Shown here: positions 39,794-53,977 of the stretch, piece after piece
How the letters are laid out: each line of letters begins with the position of its first letter
Numbering within the stretch: position 1 is the first letter of the stretch
Origin: Camelus dromedarius
Lineage: Eukaryota
Direction: 5' to 3'
NCBI RefSeq assembly: GCF_036321535.1
Contig: NC_087472.1
Span: 93,374,001-93,438,000, forward strand
DNA: 64,000 nt
Program-made: the position numbers and the translations under genes
Notes under the pieces: model-generated
What the model was told of the DNA's origin: nothing
What the model saw: the letters and a program-made list of their open reading frames with translations, nothing else
Database searches by the model: none

Positions 39794-40375
39794 TGTTGGC
39801 ACTCAGTACTCATTTCAACCACATTTTAGTGTGTTCTTCTGTACTTCACAGTCTGGAAAGCTAAAAACTCTTATTTTCTAGCTCCCTTGTCACTAGGGAT
39901 CTGAAACTCATGTAGATTCTATAACTTAGTTGCATTCACACAAATTTTGTAATGAAGAACTGTTTCTCTTTTTTCCTGCTTTCAAGCAAGGTCATGTTCC
40001 TTTCACTCTCACAATATTCATTGTTAGTTCCTAGCATCCAGGGTGTCGAGAGGCAGAATGTGGGGTATTTATTTTGTGCTGATGTGCATCTATAAAGAAT
40101 GACATGACTCTAGAGCCAAGAACTGGGTCAACTTAATGACCACTGGATTGAAGCCATGATGGTGTGTTCTTGAAGTCTACAATATCAGTGACATCTTTCT
40201 GATTAGCTCAGTCTTGATATTAGATGAGGAAGCAACTCCACTGGTGGGTCTGTTCTGTGTTCCTCATCATGGCATGATGTCTCTCGGCCCATTCTCAAAA
40301 ATGTTCCAGTTTGTTATAAATCTATTTTTAAAATAACTAGAGACATTTATGTTCTGTATAATTGGAATCTGCTTG
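39794..40375 (+). mobile_element. LTR33-like ERVL solo LTR
   Basis: ggaaagctaaaaactcttattttctagctcccttg...actaggg motif; identified from memory. Confidence 0.5.
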
Positions 40376-40399
40376 AAACTTTGACCCAAAAAGTGTTTA

Positions 40400-42100
40400 A
40401 GTATTCAAAGATGAATTATAACATAACCAGTATGGGGCATATGTAAAAATAATGGAAATAAACAATAGAGTCAAAACATTAAAAATAAAAGACAAAAACA
40501 ATTTTAGAAAAAAGTTACATTAAGAACACATTTTAGAAACTTTCTTAAATTAAATCAAGGATATTAAAGAAAATATGCCTTCTCTGAAACAAAGCTTGAG
40601 AGCTATGATATAAGGTTTCAAAGAAAGGAAATGAGAATAAAAGAGAAACATAAACTGGCAGAATGCAGAATGTAAAAGGAAGAAAAACCATTAAGAGAAA
40701 GGCAAATTTGAATCAGCAAAAAGAGAAAGAAATGAAAGAATGAAATATCACTGAACATCTTAACTGACATCTATCAATTCATATCCCTTCAAGTAGATAC
40801 AAATTTGAATGACCATAATATATATATATCAAAATCTGTACCCTAAAATCAGAGAATGTATCTTCATTTGAAATGCCCTCATTACAATTTTACAAAATCA
40901 ACTATTTTGGGTCACGCACGTCAATAAGAATCACTAATAATTGTTTAAATATTAAAAAAATAGGCATACTATTGTCTCTTTTCATAATGTAATGAAAATA
41001 AAAATTAATAATAATAAGAAAAAAGACCATGAATTAGGAAATAAACACTTGCATAACTTTTAAACACTTGTAATTGTGTAAATAAGGAAATAAAAATGAA
41101 GAGTCATAAATATTTATCAAATGATCATAAGTAAATTCTATATATCAGTACCAATAGGATATGGCTAAAGCAATGTTCAGTGTTCTAATAACTTAAAATA
41201 TTTTAAAATCTTAAGAAGTGTGGCAGATATTGTTAGTTTCCTAACCAACAGCTTCCTATCCACTAATTACTTGCTGGCAGAAATTGCTTTCTACACTTGA
41301 GGCTTAAAATAGCAAATGCTTGGTTGGATATAGTTGAATTTGCATATGGAGCGGGGAACTATTCTAGCTACCTATAAAACATGAGTGGTGATAGCTCTGA
41401 TATGGTGAGAATGGTAGAATAGAAAGGTAAAAAATACAGAGCAGCCCATAGAGATATCATTGAGCTGCTAAACCAGCTGTGGAATCACCCTGCCTGCCGA
41501 CTTCTTGTTATGTAAGATAATAAATGTCCTTATTGTTTAAACCACATTTATGAAGGTATTCTCTTTCAACAGAAAGTGATACTACAAGAATGAAAATAAA
41601 TGAATTAAACACTCAATTTAAAAGTTAGAAAAAGAGCAATAAAATAAATATAAGGAAGGGAAATGTAGGAAACAGAAAAAGAGCAACATAAATTACTGTT
41701 TAGTAAACCATAAAAGAAACAGATATAAAAAACAAACTGAAAATTGGTTATTGGAGGGAGAATGGAGCAAATAATAATATAATAACTAATTTAATTAAAT
41801 GATAAGAAAGCACAAATATGTACATTTCAAAATGAAAATTGAGGAAATAAAATTGAGGAAAAAAATAAGAAGAGTGTCATCCTCAAATCTTTGCAAAGAA
41901 GCAGAGAGCATGAATTAATTGCATATTTTAGGATAATGTTAATTATAGTTACAATAACCTTTGTCTCAGAAATAGACAGTAGTGGCTTTCTGTGAGGAAA
42001 GAGACTGTAGGTTTATATATGCAGCTTCATGTATATAAGGTTTTTTATTGTTGGTTTTTCCAAATAAAACTAACTTTAAAAGATTGTAAAATAAAGTTTG
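40400..42100 (+). mobile_element. Ancient L1ME-like fragments, with an MLT1J-like LTR at ~41219-41585
   Basis: A-rich ORF1/ORF2-like remnants; MLT1 tail gacttcttgttatgtaagataataaatgtccttattgtttaaacc. Confidence 0.5.
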
Positions 42101-42959
42101 CTTGTGTGAATTTATACAGTGGAAAAAATACTTTAGAAACAATGGAATGGTTCTAAAATGTAGATACGCTTAATATGTTTCATGGTTTGTTTCCTGAAAA
42201 GTAAATCCATGGAGAATTGAAACTTTTCTTGGTAAATAGCAACTCTGAATAGACTTTACAGAGTCTTTTCTGAAGGTTTAGACCCTAATGCATACATATA
42301 TACATAATTTTTCATTCATTGAAAATTTAATGAACTTAGGAATATTTTATACTCATGGCATCTTTAAACACTGAGCTTTAATGACTCTGAGGACAATTAT
42401 TGGCCTGCAAAGGACTTTATTACTATTTTTAAGATGAATTATAAATCATAAGATTGCCACGGTCCACTCCTTCTCTCACTATTTTCCTTATCTTAACATC
42501 AGTTAAAAATGAAACACCATATACATATTTAACAAACACAAGATAAACACAGAAGATTTTTATTTAAATGCAGGGTTGAATAATACTACTTTGTGTTGAA
42601 CTTAGATTTAATTCTAGCTGTTTACTGTTTAATAACATTTCTAGCAATTACCACACTTGGAGTAGATCTAGACTTTGCCTGAGGAAATGTGTAAAATAAC
42701 TTAATAGCAAGAATTTTAGCCTAATTATGTATAGAAGTTTATGCGGGTATTTTTTCTGTTCATTTTGGTTTGAGTGATGGCTTATTTAAAAATGATAAAT
42801 TTAAGAGGAAAAGTTAACAATGAGAGTAAATGATGCATTGTGGTTGCTAAAATAAATGCAAGGAACATATTCCCATCCCCTATTAGTGTAGATACTGAAG
42901 CAAATCATCACTGTAAAAACCAAAAGGTAAAGGAGGGATCTTTTGTTTGTTTAAATGTA

Positions 42960-43608
42960 TTTTGTTAAACTGAAGAATAGTCAGTTTGCAATATCATGTC
43001 ATTTTTTGGTGTATGGCATAATGTTTTAGTCATACACATACATATGTGTATTCCTTTTCATGTTCTTTTTTCATTATAGGTTACTACAAGATATTGAATA
43101 TATTTTCCTGTGCTATACAGTAGCAACTTGTTATTTATCTATTTTATATATTGTAGTTAGTATCTGCAGATTTTGAACTCTCAATTTATCCTTTCCCATC
43201 CCCTTACCCGCTGGTAGTCATGTTTGTTTTCTATGTCTGTGAGTCTGTTTCTGTTTTGTAAATAAGGTCATTTGTCTTTTTTTTTAGATTCTACATATAA
43301 GTGATATATGGTATTTTTATTTTATTTCTCTTTGTAACTTACTTCACTTAGAATGATGATCTTTAGGTCCATCCATGTTGCTGCAAATCACATTATTTTA
43401 TTCTTTTTTAATGTCTGAGTAGTATTCCACTGCATATATTTATACCACATCTTCTTTATCCATTCATCTGTCGATGGATATTTAGATTACTTCCATGTAT
43501 TGGCTATTGTAAATAGTGCTGCTATGAACATTAGGGTGCATGTATCTTTTTGAATTAGAGTTTTCTCTGGATCTATGACCAAGAGTGGGATTATTGGATT
43601 ATATGACA
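42960..43608 (-). mobile_element. 5'-truncated lineage-specific L1 3' end
   Basis: Minus ORF YNPIIPLLVIDPEK...[15 protein letters not shown] plus 3' UTR. Confidence 0.9.
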
Positions 43609-46600
43609 ACATCTTTCTACATGTGTTTTGTAAAAGTGAATAATGGTATGATAATAGGACACCCTCATGGGAAAAAATCACCAGCATTTGACAAGGTAAA
43701 TATGGTTATTGGCCTATTATCCTTAGTCCGTCATAAACATAAATTCTTTATAATCTGCAAGAAACCTAACTTTTCTTGGTCTCAGTTTCTTCATTTCATA
43801 TATTAATTATAGGAGTCCTCTTAAATTCAATTATAAGCCTTTTCCAGATCTAAAACTGTATGATACATCTTGTAATCCTTTATGTCTACAAAGTCTATAA
43901 AAGTATAATAAAAGAAAAAATCTATTAGAAAACATAGAGAATTATGAATATGTCATCCAAAGAACAGTGTAAACTTCACTTTTCCTTCCGTCTTTCAGTG
44001 CATACAGTATCCACCTCAGCTGGGCTTCCCTTCCCCTTTTCTCTCTCTGGTTCCCTCAGTCCTCTTTCCTCACCCAGTAGGATTAAGGTGCTTCAGAATT
44101 GTCACAAGGCTCCCTAGGTACTGGATATATACTCCTGGCTCTTTCTCAGAAGGGAAAAATAGATTCTAACTCTATATTACTCAAGGAGTTTTAGATCCTT
44201 TAAATTTTCAGAGCAGACCAACCCACCTTTCTTTTGCTAATATTGACAGCTATTCATAACATAGCTGCAAAACATTATTTTATCTCTGCTGCTTTGTACT
44301 TTTTTTTTTCCCTAGCAATACCAGGCCCCTCCAGAGGTTAAGGAAAAGATGAATTTTAAAAGAGGTGAACTAGAAAGAAAATTGCATGCTGCAGCAGAGA
44401 ATTTCATGGAGGGCTTACCATATTTCTTAACTACTCACCATAGTTTGAAAAGCCCACTGGTAGGACCAACCACATAAATCATGAAAACAAGTTTGTTTTC
44501 AAGATGTTTGCACTCTAGTAAGAAGGCTATGGTATGATGTAGGTAAAAATAGTAAGATAACTAAAAGTGTGTACCAAAAATGAAGGGCAAAGCACCTTGA
44601 GACTCCAGGGTCAGTGAGATTGCAGTGGTTTCCATTAACATTATTTGACTTATAAGGGAGCAGTATTCCAGTTTCTGAGCTCCTCAGCTGGATTTCAGAA
44701 GTTTCAAAAAAAAAAAAAAAATCCCCTTTCCATTACCTCACTTCTCAGCATTTAGCAGTGTCTCCACATAAAAGATGGGGTGAATCTTTGTCGATTGAAA
44801 CTTGGCAGCTACAGTACAGAAGGGGAGAAAGTCAGTAGGATTGTTACTCCTCGTTTATTTTGTTTTGAAAGAATGCTTGTGGCTCACTCAGGCTCTTCTT
44901 ATTCCAAGCCACAGCCACACAAATCAGGCTAAAATTAAAACCTCAAAATCCGTGTGGAAAATAATTCCTGGGATATACTTTAATAAAAATGTTTCACATT
45001 GAGAGAAATTTCTGTCAAGGCTGAATGAGACATATAAAATACTAAGAACACTGGATACATCAGCATTTGTATGTGGAGCTAGGGAAGACATGTTACTTAA
45101 TTTTTGAGGATTCTTCTTGTACAAAGTTAGAAAGTGCTTGTATTTAATCTTTGATAAAGTATAAACATTTCCCTAAGATATTTTTTCCACCTAGGGAAAT
45201 ATATTTATTAAAAGGACATTGTAAGATGTAACTTAATGAAAAAGGAGAAATGATGAGAGAGTAAGTTTGTGTTTAACAAAATTTTAGTAAAAATTCACTT
45301 AAATCAGTTCAGCAAATGTTTACTTCACATCTGCTATATAGAATGTACTAAGCTAGATGGTGTGCTTATTAAAAAGAAATAAATAAAATGTCAAATACTA
45401 GTGGGGAAAATGTATTATTTAAAATGTAACCTTATTCTATTAATGCTGCTTTGCTATGGAATATGCTATAGGTTTCCTCATGTCTTGTTTGTGTGTTGCT
45501 GGGTTTTTTTTAAGAAGTAGAATAACATACATGCTCCGTTATTTTTCTTTGCTATTTTTCTTTATTACTGTTTTTAAAGTAATATCTTCATAGCATTTTT
45601 CAGAAGGAATTTAGATAATAAAAAAGAGAAGACACACATGTGGTAATATTTTTTATGTACACCTCACAAATTTCAAAGCTTATTGAATTTCTTATTTGAT
45701 TGTTGTTAAAATGCATCTCTTAGCAAATCACAGAAATTTACTTTGTGACTCCAATTCTCTATTCTCTGCAGAAGCCTAGCATGGATACCATTTCACATTT
45801 GTGGCTCCATAGTTTTAAATATTTGATGTTCAAGAATGTTTTCTGCTAACTGAATAACTCTCACTCACAAACATAGGAAGGAAAAAAATGGAAAAGAGAA
45901 GCTGAGGGAAACAAATTATTCTTAAAACACAACAGCTGGCTGAATTAAATCAAGTCAATTACAGATTGCATCTTACATTGAAATACAGTTTTCAGCAGAG
46001 ACAACAATATTGTGATGATTTAATTTTTACCTGAGTCTCATTTACTGAACATGTAAAATAGACAAATATGATATTTATCAAGAAATACATATAAAATTTT
46101 TAGCCCTCTGGGTTGACAGACTGTGTCATAGTGAAACTTTGCAGTGACAGTAGGGCTAGAAGAAAATTTGAAGGTTATCTTTTTAATGCAGCTGTAATTA
46201 AGTGGGCAGATGTCTTAATTGTAGTATAATTGGCCTACTTTTCCACAAGCTAAACTTCTTTGCCTATCTGGAGATGGCCAATGACCTACTTTTCTTAATT
46301 CTACCAGTATTGTATACTAACTCAGAAAATTGAAAAGTAATTATTATTGAAAAGTTACATATTATGAAAGGAAATAATCAGTTGAAATGATGTATGATGT
46401 TTAACAATTACTCTTATTTAAGTTTCCCTTATATATTACGGGGTAAATATACTTTCTTATAGGCAATTTTATGTACATCCCTAAATTTAACCTCAGTATA
46501 TGACAGAAAAGTAAGGCTAGTTGTAAACACACAAACACACACACTTTGATTTTGTTTTCCCATTTTGTTTTAACCTTTAAAACATACTTTTGAACCTCTC

Positions 46601-48265
46601 TTCCCTTAGCTGGACTTGCTGTGAAAATGGCATAAATTTACTGTTTCTTATACAAATTTCAAGGAACAATCTTGAGACTGAATCTTAGGCACTGTTGTCT
46701 GTGTCTTCTTTATGTGAAATTTTTCACTGTTAGATTTTTACATTGATTTTTAACTTCAAAATGGATATTTTTCTTGGACTGTTTTCTACTGTTCATTCTC
46801 CATGAGACATTCAATACATTTTGTTTTTGTTTTTGTTTCATTCTTATATATATTCATTCATACATACATGGCTTTAATACGTAAATTCACTAAAAATTAT
46901 TTTAGTACCTATCTGTGCTGAATACTTTGCTGTATTCAGACAACATGACTGTCTGGTAACGGATATTCAGAAACTTAGAATATTTTAAATCTTGAATATT
47001 TTGTCTCTAGGTATAAAGTGTATAGTAGTAAAACATTAATATTCTGATCTAAGTACTAAAGACTTAAATAAAAGGTACATGTTATGGCAATTTGAGGCAT
47101 CATTTGTCTCAGTCAGTTAGACCAGGCTGTTCTGCAGTAACAAAAAAAAATCCCCAATTCTCCAAAGGTGTTGATGATGATAAGGTTGATATCTTATTTT
47201 TTCTGCATGTCTATTATGAGTCAGTGGGAAGGGACAGGGGAAGTATTTTCTGTTCATGGTAGTTGCACATGGAGTTAGCTGACGGAACCACCACCTTCTG
47301 GAATATTGCTAGTAGTGAGCAAAGTGGAGATAGGGATCTGTGCATGGCAGCACATCTACAATTAAATGAGCCTGCTAAGTAGTGACGAACATTGCTTATA
47401 CTCACAACTTGGCAGCTAAATCTAGTCGCACAGTCCCATCCAACCATCCTGAGACCAGAAAGTACAGTCCTATCATGTACACAAATAGGAGAATACCCAG
47501 AAATATTTGTCCGATAGCACTAATTAGTGAAGAACCAGTAGTGTTTGACAAACAGTCCCCACCTACATATCACTGAGTATTTGGCTTCACTTTCTTTCGC
47601 TCAGATAAAATACATCTGTATCTCTCCCCAAGGAGATTAACTGAAAGCCTCTTTTAGGCAAAACATCAATTTCCATGTCCAGGATCACAGAGTTGCCTCT
47701 ATCACAGAAACTGACATGTGGTTGTCTCACATAGGTTTCTGTTGTAGCAGAATCTATGAACAAAAAGAAACAAGATATTTCATATTTCCATATACAATGA
47801 AGGATTAAGTTCAGTATAACTGCAGTAAACACTCCTAATGGGAAAAGAAAGAATAGAGGACTTGTAGGGTTGGGTAGCAATTCTGACATGTCACTGGGGA
47901 AACATCTGAATGTGGGGACTATTCCCTGATTCGACTCCAATTTTACTCCCTAGAAGGAACTCCCCGGCCACTGATTTTTAAAACAATTTTCTGTGTCCTA
48001 TGGTGTTCTTACTTTTTCATTACCATCTTTGTCCACATCTGAAATATGATTTTCAGACTAAGCCGTTCTCAAGTGCTGTGCAGCTTTATCATCCTGCTTT
48101 GTCTATGTAGAAGTTTGGAAGCCCAGGTGTTGCTTTATGTTGCAAAGAATTGTAAAAATTTTTACTACAAGTTTGTGTTTTCTTTCTACTCTATTCCAGC
48201 TTATTCCATGTGTAAACACACACACACACATACCCATTTCAGGTTTTTTGTGTGAAATTTTCTTT

Positions 48266-49616
48266 TTTTTAATTGAAGTATCGTCAGTTATAATGTGTCA
48301 ATTTCTGGTGTATAGCATAATGTCCCAGTCATGCATATATAGACATATATTCGTTTTCATATTCTTTTTCATTAAAGGTTATTGTAAGATATTGAATATA
48401 GTTCCCTTGCTATAGATAAAAATTTTGTTTTTTATCTATTTTTTTATATAGTGGTTAACATTTGCAAATCTCAAACACCCAAATTTATCCCTTCCCACCC
48501 CCTTTCCCCTGGTAACCATAAGATTGTTTACTATGTCTGTGAGTCTGTTTCTTTGTAGATGAGTTCATTGTTGTCCTCTTTTTCTTTTCTTTTCTTTTTT
48601 TTTTAGATTCCACATGGTGATATCATACGGTATTTTTCTTCCTCTTTCTGGCTTACTTCACTTAGAATGATAATCTCCAGGTCCATCCATGTTGCTGCAA
48701 ATGGAATTATTTTATTCCTTTTTTTAATCACTGTGAAGTATTCCATGATATAAATATACCACAATTTCTTTATCCAGTCATCTGTTGGTGGACATTTAGG
48801 TTGCTTCCATGTCATGGCTGTTATAAATAATGCTGCTGTGAACATTAGGGTGTATGTATCTTTTCGAATTAGACTTCCCTCTGGGTATATGCCCAGAAGT
48901 GGAATTGCTGGATCATATGGTAAGTCTATTTTTAGTTTTTTGAGGAATCTCCATATTGTTTTCCATAATGGCTGCACCAAACTTCATTCCCACCAACAGT
49001 ATAGGAGGGTTCCCTTTTCTCCACACCCTCTCCAGCATTTAGTGTACGTGGAGTTTTGAATGATAGCTATTCTGACTGGTGTGAGGTGATACCTCACTGT
49101 AGTTTTGATTTGCATTTCTCTGATAATTAGCGATACTGAGCATTTTTTTGTGTTGGCCATTTATATGTTCTCATTGGAGCATTATTTGTTTAGGTCTTCT
49201 GCCCATTTTTGGATTGGGTTGTTTGTTTTTTTGGTATTAAGTTGTATGAGCTGTTTCTGTATTCTGGGAATTAAGCCTGTTAGTCACATCATTTGCAAAT
49301 ATTTTCTCCCATCCTGTAGGTTGTCATGTTGTTTTGCTTATGGTTTCCTTTGCTGTACAAAAGCTTATAAGTTTAATTAGGTCCCATTTAAAAATTTTTG
49401 CTTTTATTTCTATTGCCTGGGTAGACTGCCCTAGGAGAACATTGCTAAGATGTATGTCAGAGAATGTTTTGCCTATGTTTTCTTCTAGGAGGTTTATCGT
49501 GTCTTGTCTTATATTTATGTCTTTAAGCCATTTTGAGTTTATTTTTGTGTATGGTGTGAAGGAGTGTTCTAACTTCACTGATTTACAATGTGGCTGTCTA
49601 GTTTTCCTGACACCTT
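48266..49616 (-). mobile_element. 5'-truncated young L1
   Basis: ORF2p C-terminal ORFs at 48603-48980 and 49324-49578; perfect 15-bp TSD tgtgaaattttcttt (48251-65 / 49617-31). Confidence 0.95.
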
Positions 49617-49689
49617 TGTGAAATTTTCTTTAATTGCCTTTGCATGACATTTGTGGCAAAGCTACTCAGCCCTCCTCCCAATACAACTG

Positions 49690-50120
49690 TTTTAACCTTT
49701 TATTTTGAAATAATTAAAATTTACATAAAAGTTGCATAATAGTACAGAGAGTTCCCATATACCTTTCATCTGACTGCCCTCAACAGTACCATCTTACATA
49801 ACGATAGTATAATTATCAAAACCAGGAAATCAACAACATTAACTAGATTACAGACTTATTTCAGATTTTATTGGTGTTCCCACTAATGTTTTTCTTTTCT
49901 TCCAGGATCTAATTTAGGGCCCCATATTGTGTTACTTGTTGTGTCTGCTTAATCTCCTCTAATCTGTGGCAATTTTTCAATTTTTATTTTTCTTTCATGA
50001 CCTTGACACTTTGGAAGAGTACTGGCCAGGTATTTTGCACAATGTTTATTAACTTGGGTTTGTCTGATGTTTTCTCATTATTAAACTGAAGTTATTCACC
50101 TTTGGTAAGAATGTCACAGA
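49690..50120 (-). mobile_element. L1MC-like 3' UTR fragment
   Basis: tttattttgaaataatt...aagttgcataatagtacagagagttcccatatacc...gagtactggccaggtatttt. Confidence 0.75.
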
Positions 50121-51453
50121 TTACCCATAGTTATTTAAAGAAAATCTCTCTCTCCCTCTCTCTTTGTCTTAATTGTGGGCACCTTATTAGAACAGTTTTT
50201 CCCCTGTCTGCCACCCAGTCCTAAAGCTAATGCCTCATATTTGAGGTTTTTGTTATGGCAGTACCCCCTTTCTAAGAATCAGCTTTGTATCAGTCATAAT
50301 GGACAGGTTATGTTAAAGAAAACAGAGCTTGCATATCTCAGTGCTTAAAGAAACACATGCTTATTTCTCACTTATGCTACATGGCAATCACCTGTTGCCA
50401 GAGAGGCTCTCTGTGCTCATGGTCATCTCTCAGGTATTCAAGCCCATGAAGCAGCCCCCACTTTCAGTGTTTCTGGTCATCATGGCAAAGAGTGTGTTAC
50501 ATCAGTAACTAAATGCCCCAGCCTAGAAGTGACACATCATGCTTCTGCTCTCATCTCACTGTCATGATCTAGTTAGACAGCCCCCACCTAACCATGAGGC
50601 CACCAGGAAGTGCTTTCCTACTCTGTCCTTGGAAGGGGAGGTCAGAAATATTTGACCAACAGCATCAGTGATGATCACATTCCTACTATAATACTTTATA
50701 AAATTTAAAATAATTTTACAGAATTATTTTCTGATTTTGCATTTTATGTATAAGGGAAAAATCTGAAAAGAGCCAAAAAGCATAAAAGATAAGCATCAAA
50801 TTACTCCTAATTCAATACTCAGAAATTATGCATGAGTGTTTATGTTTGTTTCCTTTCATCTGCTTCTCTCTGTGTGTTTGTATGTGTGTGTGTATGTGTG
50901 TGTATAACGAAGATCACACTTCAGAAATAGATTTCTATATTGCTAAATTTGATTTACTGTAAACATTTTACCATTTCAGCACAAATTTTTGAAATGATTG
51001 ATTTATTAAATAACAATAATATTTCATCACATACATATGACATATTCATTTGTATTTTTCTTTATTAGATATATTGTTTTTAATATTATACATTTCTAAA
51101 ACTGCTATGATAAAATCTATTTGAAATACATTTTTTTCTGTTTTGCTACTTAGTGGCATAGCTGGACAGATTGTCATGAGATTTTGGAGGCTTATATGGG
51201 TGTGCTTGGTTTATTATTACTATTCCTGGAATATGCTATCATGAAACAAAGTTCTTGTCACACCATACCTTAAAGCACATAGAGTGTTCTCACTTACCTG
51301 CAAAGCAATTTCATCCTAATTCCAGAACATCATCAGCCTCGCAGATGAATTTTAAACTGTCTTCTAAATAATAAACGGTTTGCTGTTAATCCTCTTAGAG
51401 TTTCCAAGCATATCTACACATTTTCATGTTTTTCTCTTATTTAAAGACTACAC

Positions 51454-51884
51454 TGTCGCAGCAATAAGAATGAGCCTCTCAGATCTCTGGTAGCAAGCAG
51501 CATAATTGACAGAGGTCCTTGATTATTGCCTTCTAAAATCTGACATTGTATTGGCGCCAAGGCCACGCTTCCCACGAGCTGCTCTCAGCCAGTGACTGAG
51601 TGTGGCAAGGATACTAAGACCTATCCTGTGAAACAGGATTCTTCTGACTGTAGATCTTGACTCAAGGACTCCCCATCAGCTTTGCTGAAACTTTCTTAGA
51701 ATTGCACTGCAATTTCTTCTTTTCTCTCTCTTCCACCAGGGTTAGACCTGCCTCACAGTGTGACGACTCTTTTAGTCCCCTCCGGTTCCCTCCTCATTTT
51801 TCCTTCCTAAGTGTTCTCCCCAATAAATCTTTTGGACATGGAATCCCATATTGGCATCTGCTTCTTAAAGGAGCTGAATTAACA
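51454..51884 (+). mobile_element. LTR16-like ERVL solo LTR
   Basis: Starts TG; gccaaggccacgcttccca core; cccaataaatc...ttggcatctgcttctt...aattaaca end. Confidence 0.75.
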
Positions 51885-53415
51885 TATACATTTTTTTTTC
51901 TGTTTCCATTCTCTTTGTGTTATAATAAACATGTCATTTGCTTTCTTGTTTCAGAATTTAATGGCCAGTAGCCTAGGTATTTGCCATTTCCTGCGTGATT
52001 GATCAGAGCAGTATCACAAAGAATACATTAAGGAACAGGTTTTATTGGGGAAACTTAAGAGGCAGAGATAGCAAGAGAAGGCATAATTATCCTGATATTT
52101 CCACCTTTCCACAAAGAGTTATACCAGGGACACTAGCCTGCTTTTGCTTTTCATTGTAAGGGGGCAAATATGAGAACAGACTCATCAGTGTTCAAACAAT
52201 GTGGGAACCAGGGTGTCAAGGTTGTCAGAGAAAGCTAGCTGCCCTGCCTCTGGAGACCCTGAGGCTCATGGCAGGTGAGTTGCCCCTTCTAAGCAGAAGG
52301 AGCTCATCTATCCTTGGAGAAGCTGAGTCGATGTGCATCTCCTCCCCTGAGAAAAGACAGGACTCAGGTCTCAGCCAGCGCATTGTAAGCTCCCAGGATT
52401 ACAGTTGGACACTTTTGCTCATTGCCCCTCCCACACTTTAACATGTTTTTTGCTGGTGGTTCAAGATATTATTTTTCATGATACTGAAGTGTCCTTATTT
52501 TATATTCATAGCATTCTTCATATTAAGCTATCCTTTCAATCCTGAGATAGCCCTATTTTTTTCTCAGCAGGTAAATCACTCAATGAACACTTGAGTTTGT
52601 TTTTATGAAATCAGGTATTTTCTTGAGATTGGACTATTGTGGAACTGTGGTTTTATGTCGATGTGTGCATGTGTGTGTGCACAATGAGCTTACGTGTGTC
52701 CATTACATTTGCCAATTATTGACAGCCTAGCTGTGCTCCATTCAAAAACAAATTGCTTGGCTTTCCATTATTTTCTATAGGACTAAATGGTTTACCTAAC
52801 ATGAGAATTACCATAACAGAAAACAACACATCACCTTTACTTATAACCTATTTGAAAACTTTTATATATTTTTCCATTTCTCCCATGTTAACTTGTTAGT
52901 TCAGGTTTTGTCTACTTACATCAATTTAGATAACTGTTTTCCATAAATTTTTTTTTCAGATTGGTGGAATGTATATATTTATCTCTCTATTTTTAAACAG
53001 CTCTGTAGTTTTTTCTTTCTTTTCACTTCAAATTTTATTTATCAGTGTTTTCTATCGTTATTTAACTTGCCAGTATTTATGTATAAAAGTTTTAAGAAAA
53101 CAAGTATTCTATTTGTTGTATTAGAATTGATTTTCCATATTCTAACTTATTAACTTATTTTAAACGTTCTGATTTTTCTTGCTTTTCTTTGGTTAATTTT
53201 TTCTTTCTAAAATTGAATTAATAAATTAATTAAAATTATTTTTTCTCTAAGAAACATATTTAAACCTCTGAACCTTTTTTCAATGAGTAGTACTGCCACC
53301 AACTTTCCTATTTTAATAAGTAATATTCTCACTATTTTATGGATTACCTGCAATTACATTTTCTTACGCTTTTGAAATTTACATATTTTAAGTGTAAAGA
53401 ATAATACATGCTTTT

Positions 53416-53977
53416 TGCCGAAAGATCGGCCGCTGTCCCTGATGAGCCATATAACCCAGAGACAAGGTCTTGGAGCTTAGAAGAAAAGAGGCAGTTCTAT
53501 TGCTTTGTCGGGCAAAGGGGACTCACAACAGGCTAGTGCCTTCAAAACTGTGAACCCACCTTGGGGATGGGGTAGGGTGATTATATAGCCATAGATCAAA
53601 CAATAAAGCATGGATAACAATCAACAGAATCATTTTCTCATCAGAAGACTTAGAATGGCGTCATGATGCCTCCAGGTGACCAATTCTATAGAGGCCAGTG
53701 GTTAGATCTCTTTATCTCATAAGCACTCAAGGCGTGGTCTTCTTGGTAATTCAGGCTATTTTGTAAGCTTACAGTCCTGTGACCTTCTTGGAGAAGGACT
53801 CAGAGACCAAGCACGATTATTACTTTCAATTATTCGAATGAAGTAGAAACAGTAAGATCAATAGCTTTAGTTTTAACAGTGGGCGTGGAGCTGTGGGTAG
53901 CAACCAGTCAGTCAGGTCAGTTGACCATTTTAAGGGCAATCATAAGAATAAGCAATCTGTTAGCCTAAGTGCAGTCA
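53416..53977 (-). mobile_element. Young ERV1-type solo LTR
   Basis: TG...CA ends, tttt TSD (53412-15 / 53978-81), CpG-retaining segment within AT-rich DNA. Confidence 0.75.

Larger units (their letters stand above)
47105..50680 (-). mobile_element. MaLR (MLT1K/L-like) provirus: two LTRs (~47105-47500, ~50286-50680) plus internal region
   Basis: Two diverged direct repeats (e.g. tctagtcgcacagtcccatccaaccat / tctagttagacagcccccacctaaccat; agaaatatttg). MaLR-int-like end aggtttttgttatggcagtacccc abuts the second LTR. Confidence 0.65.
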
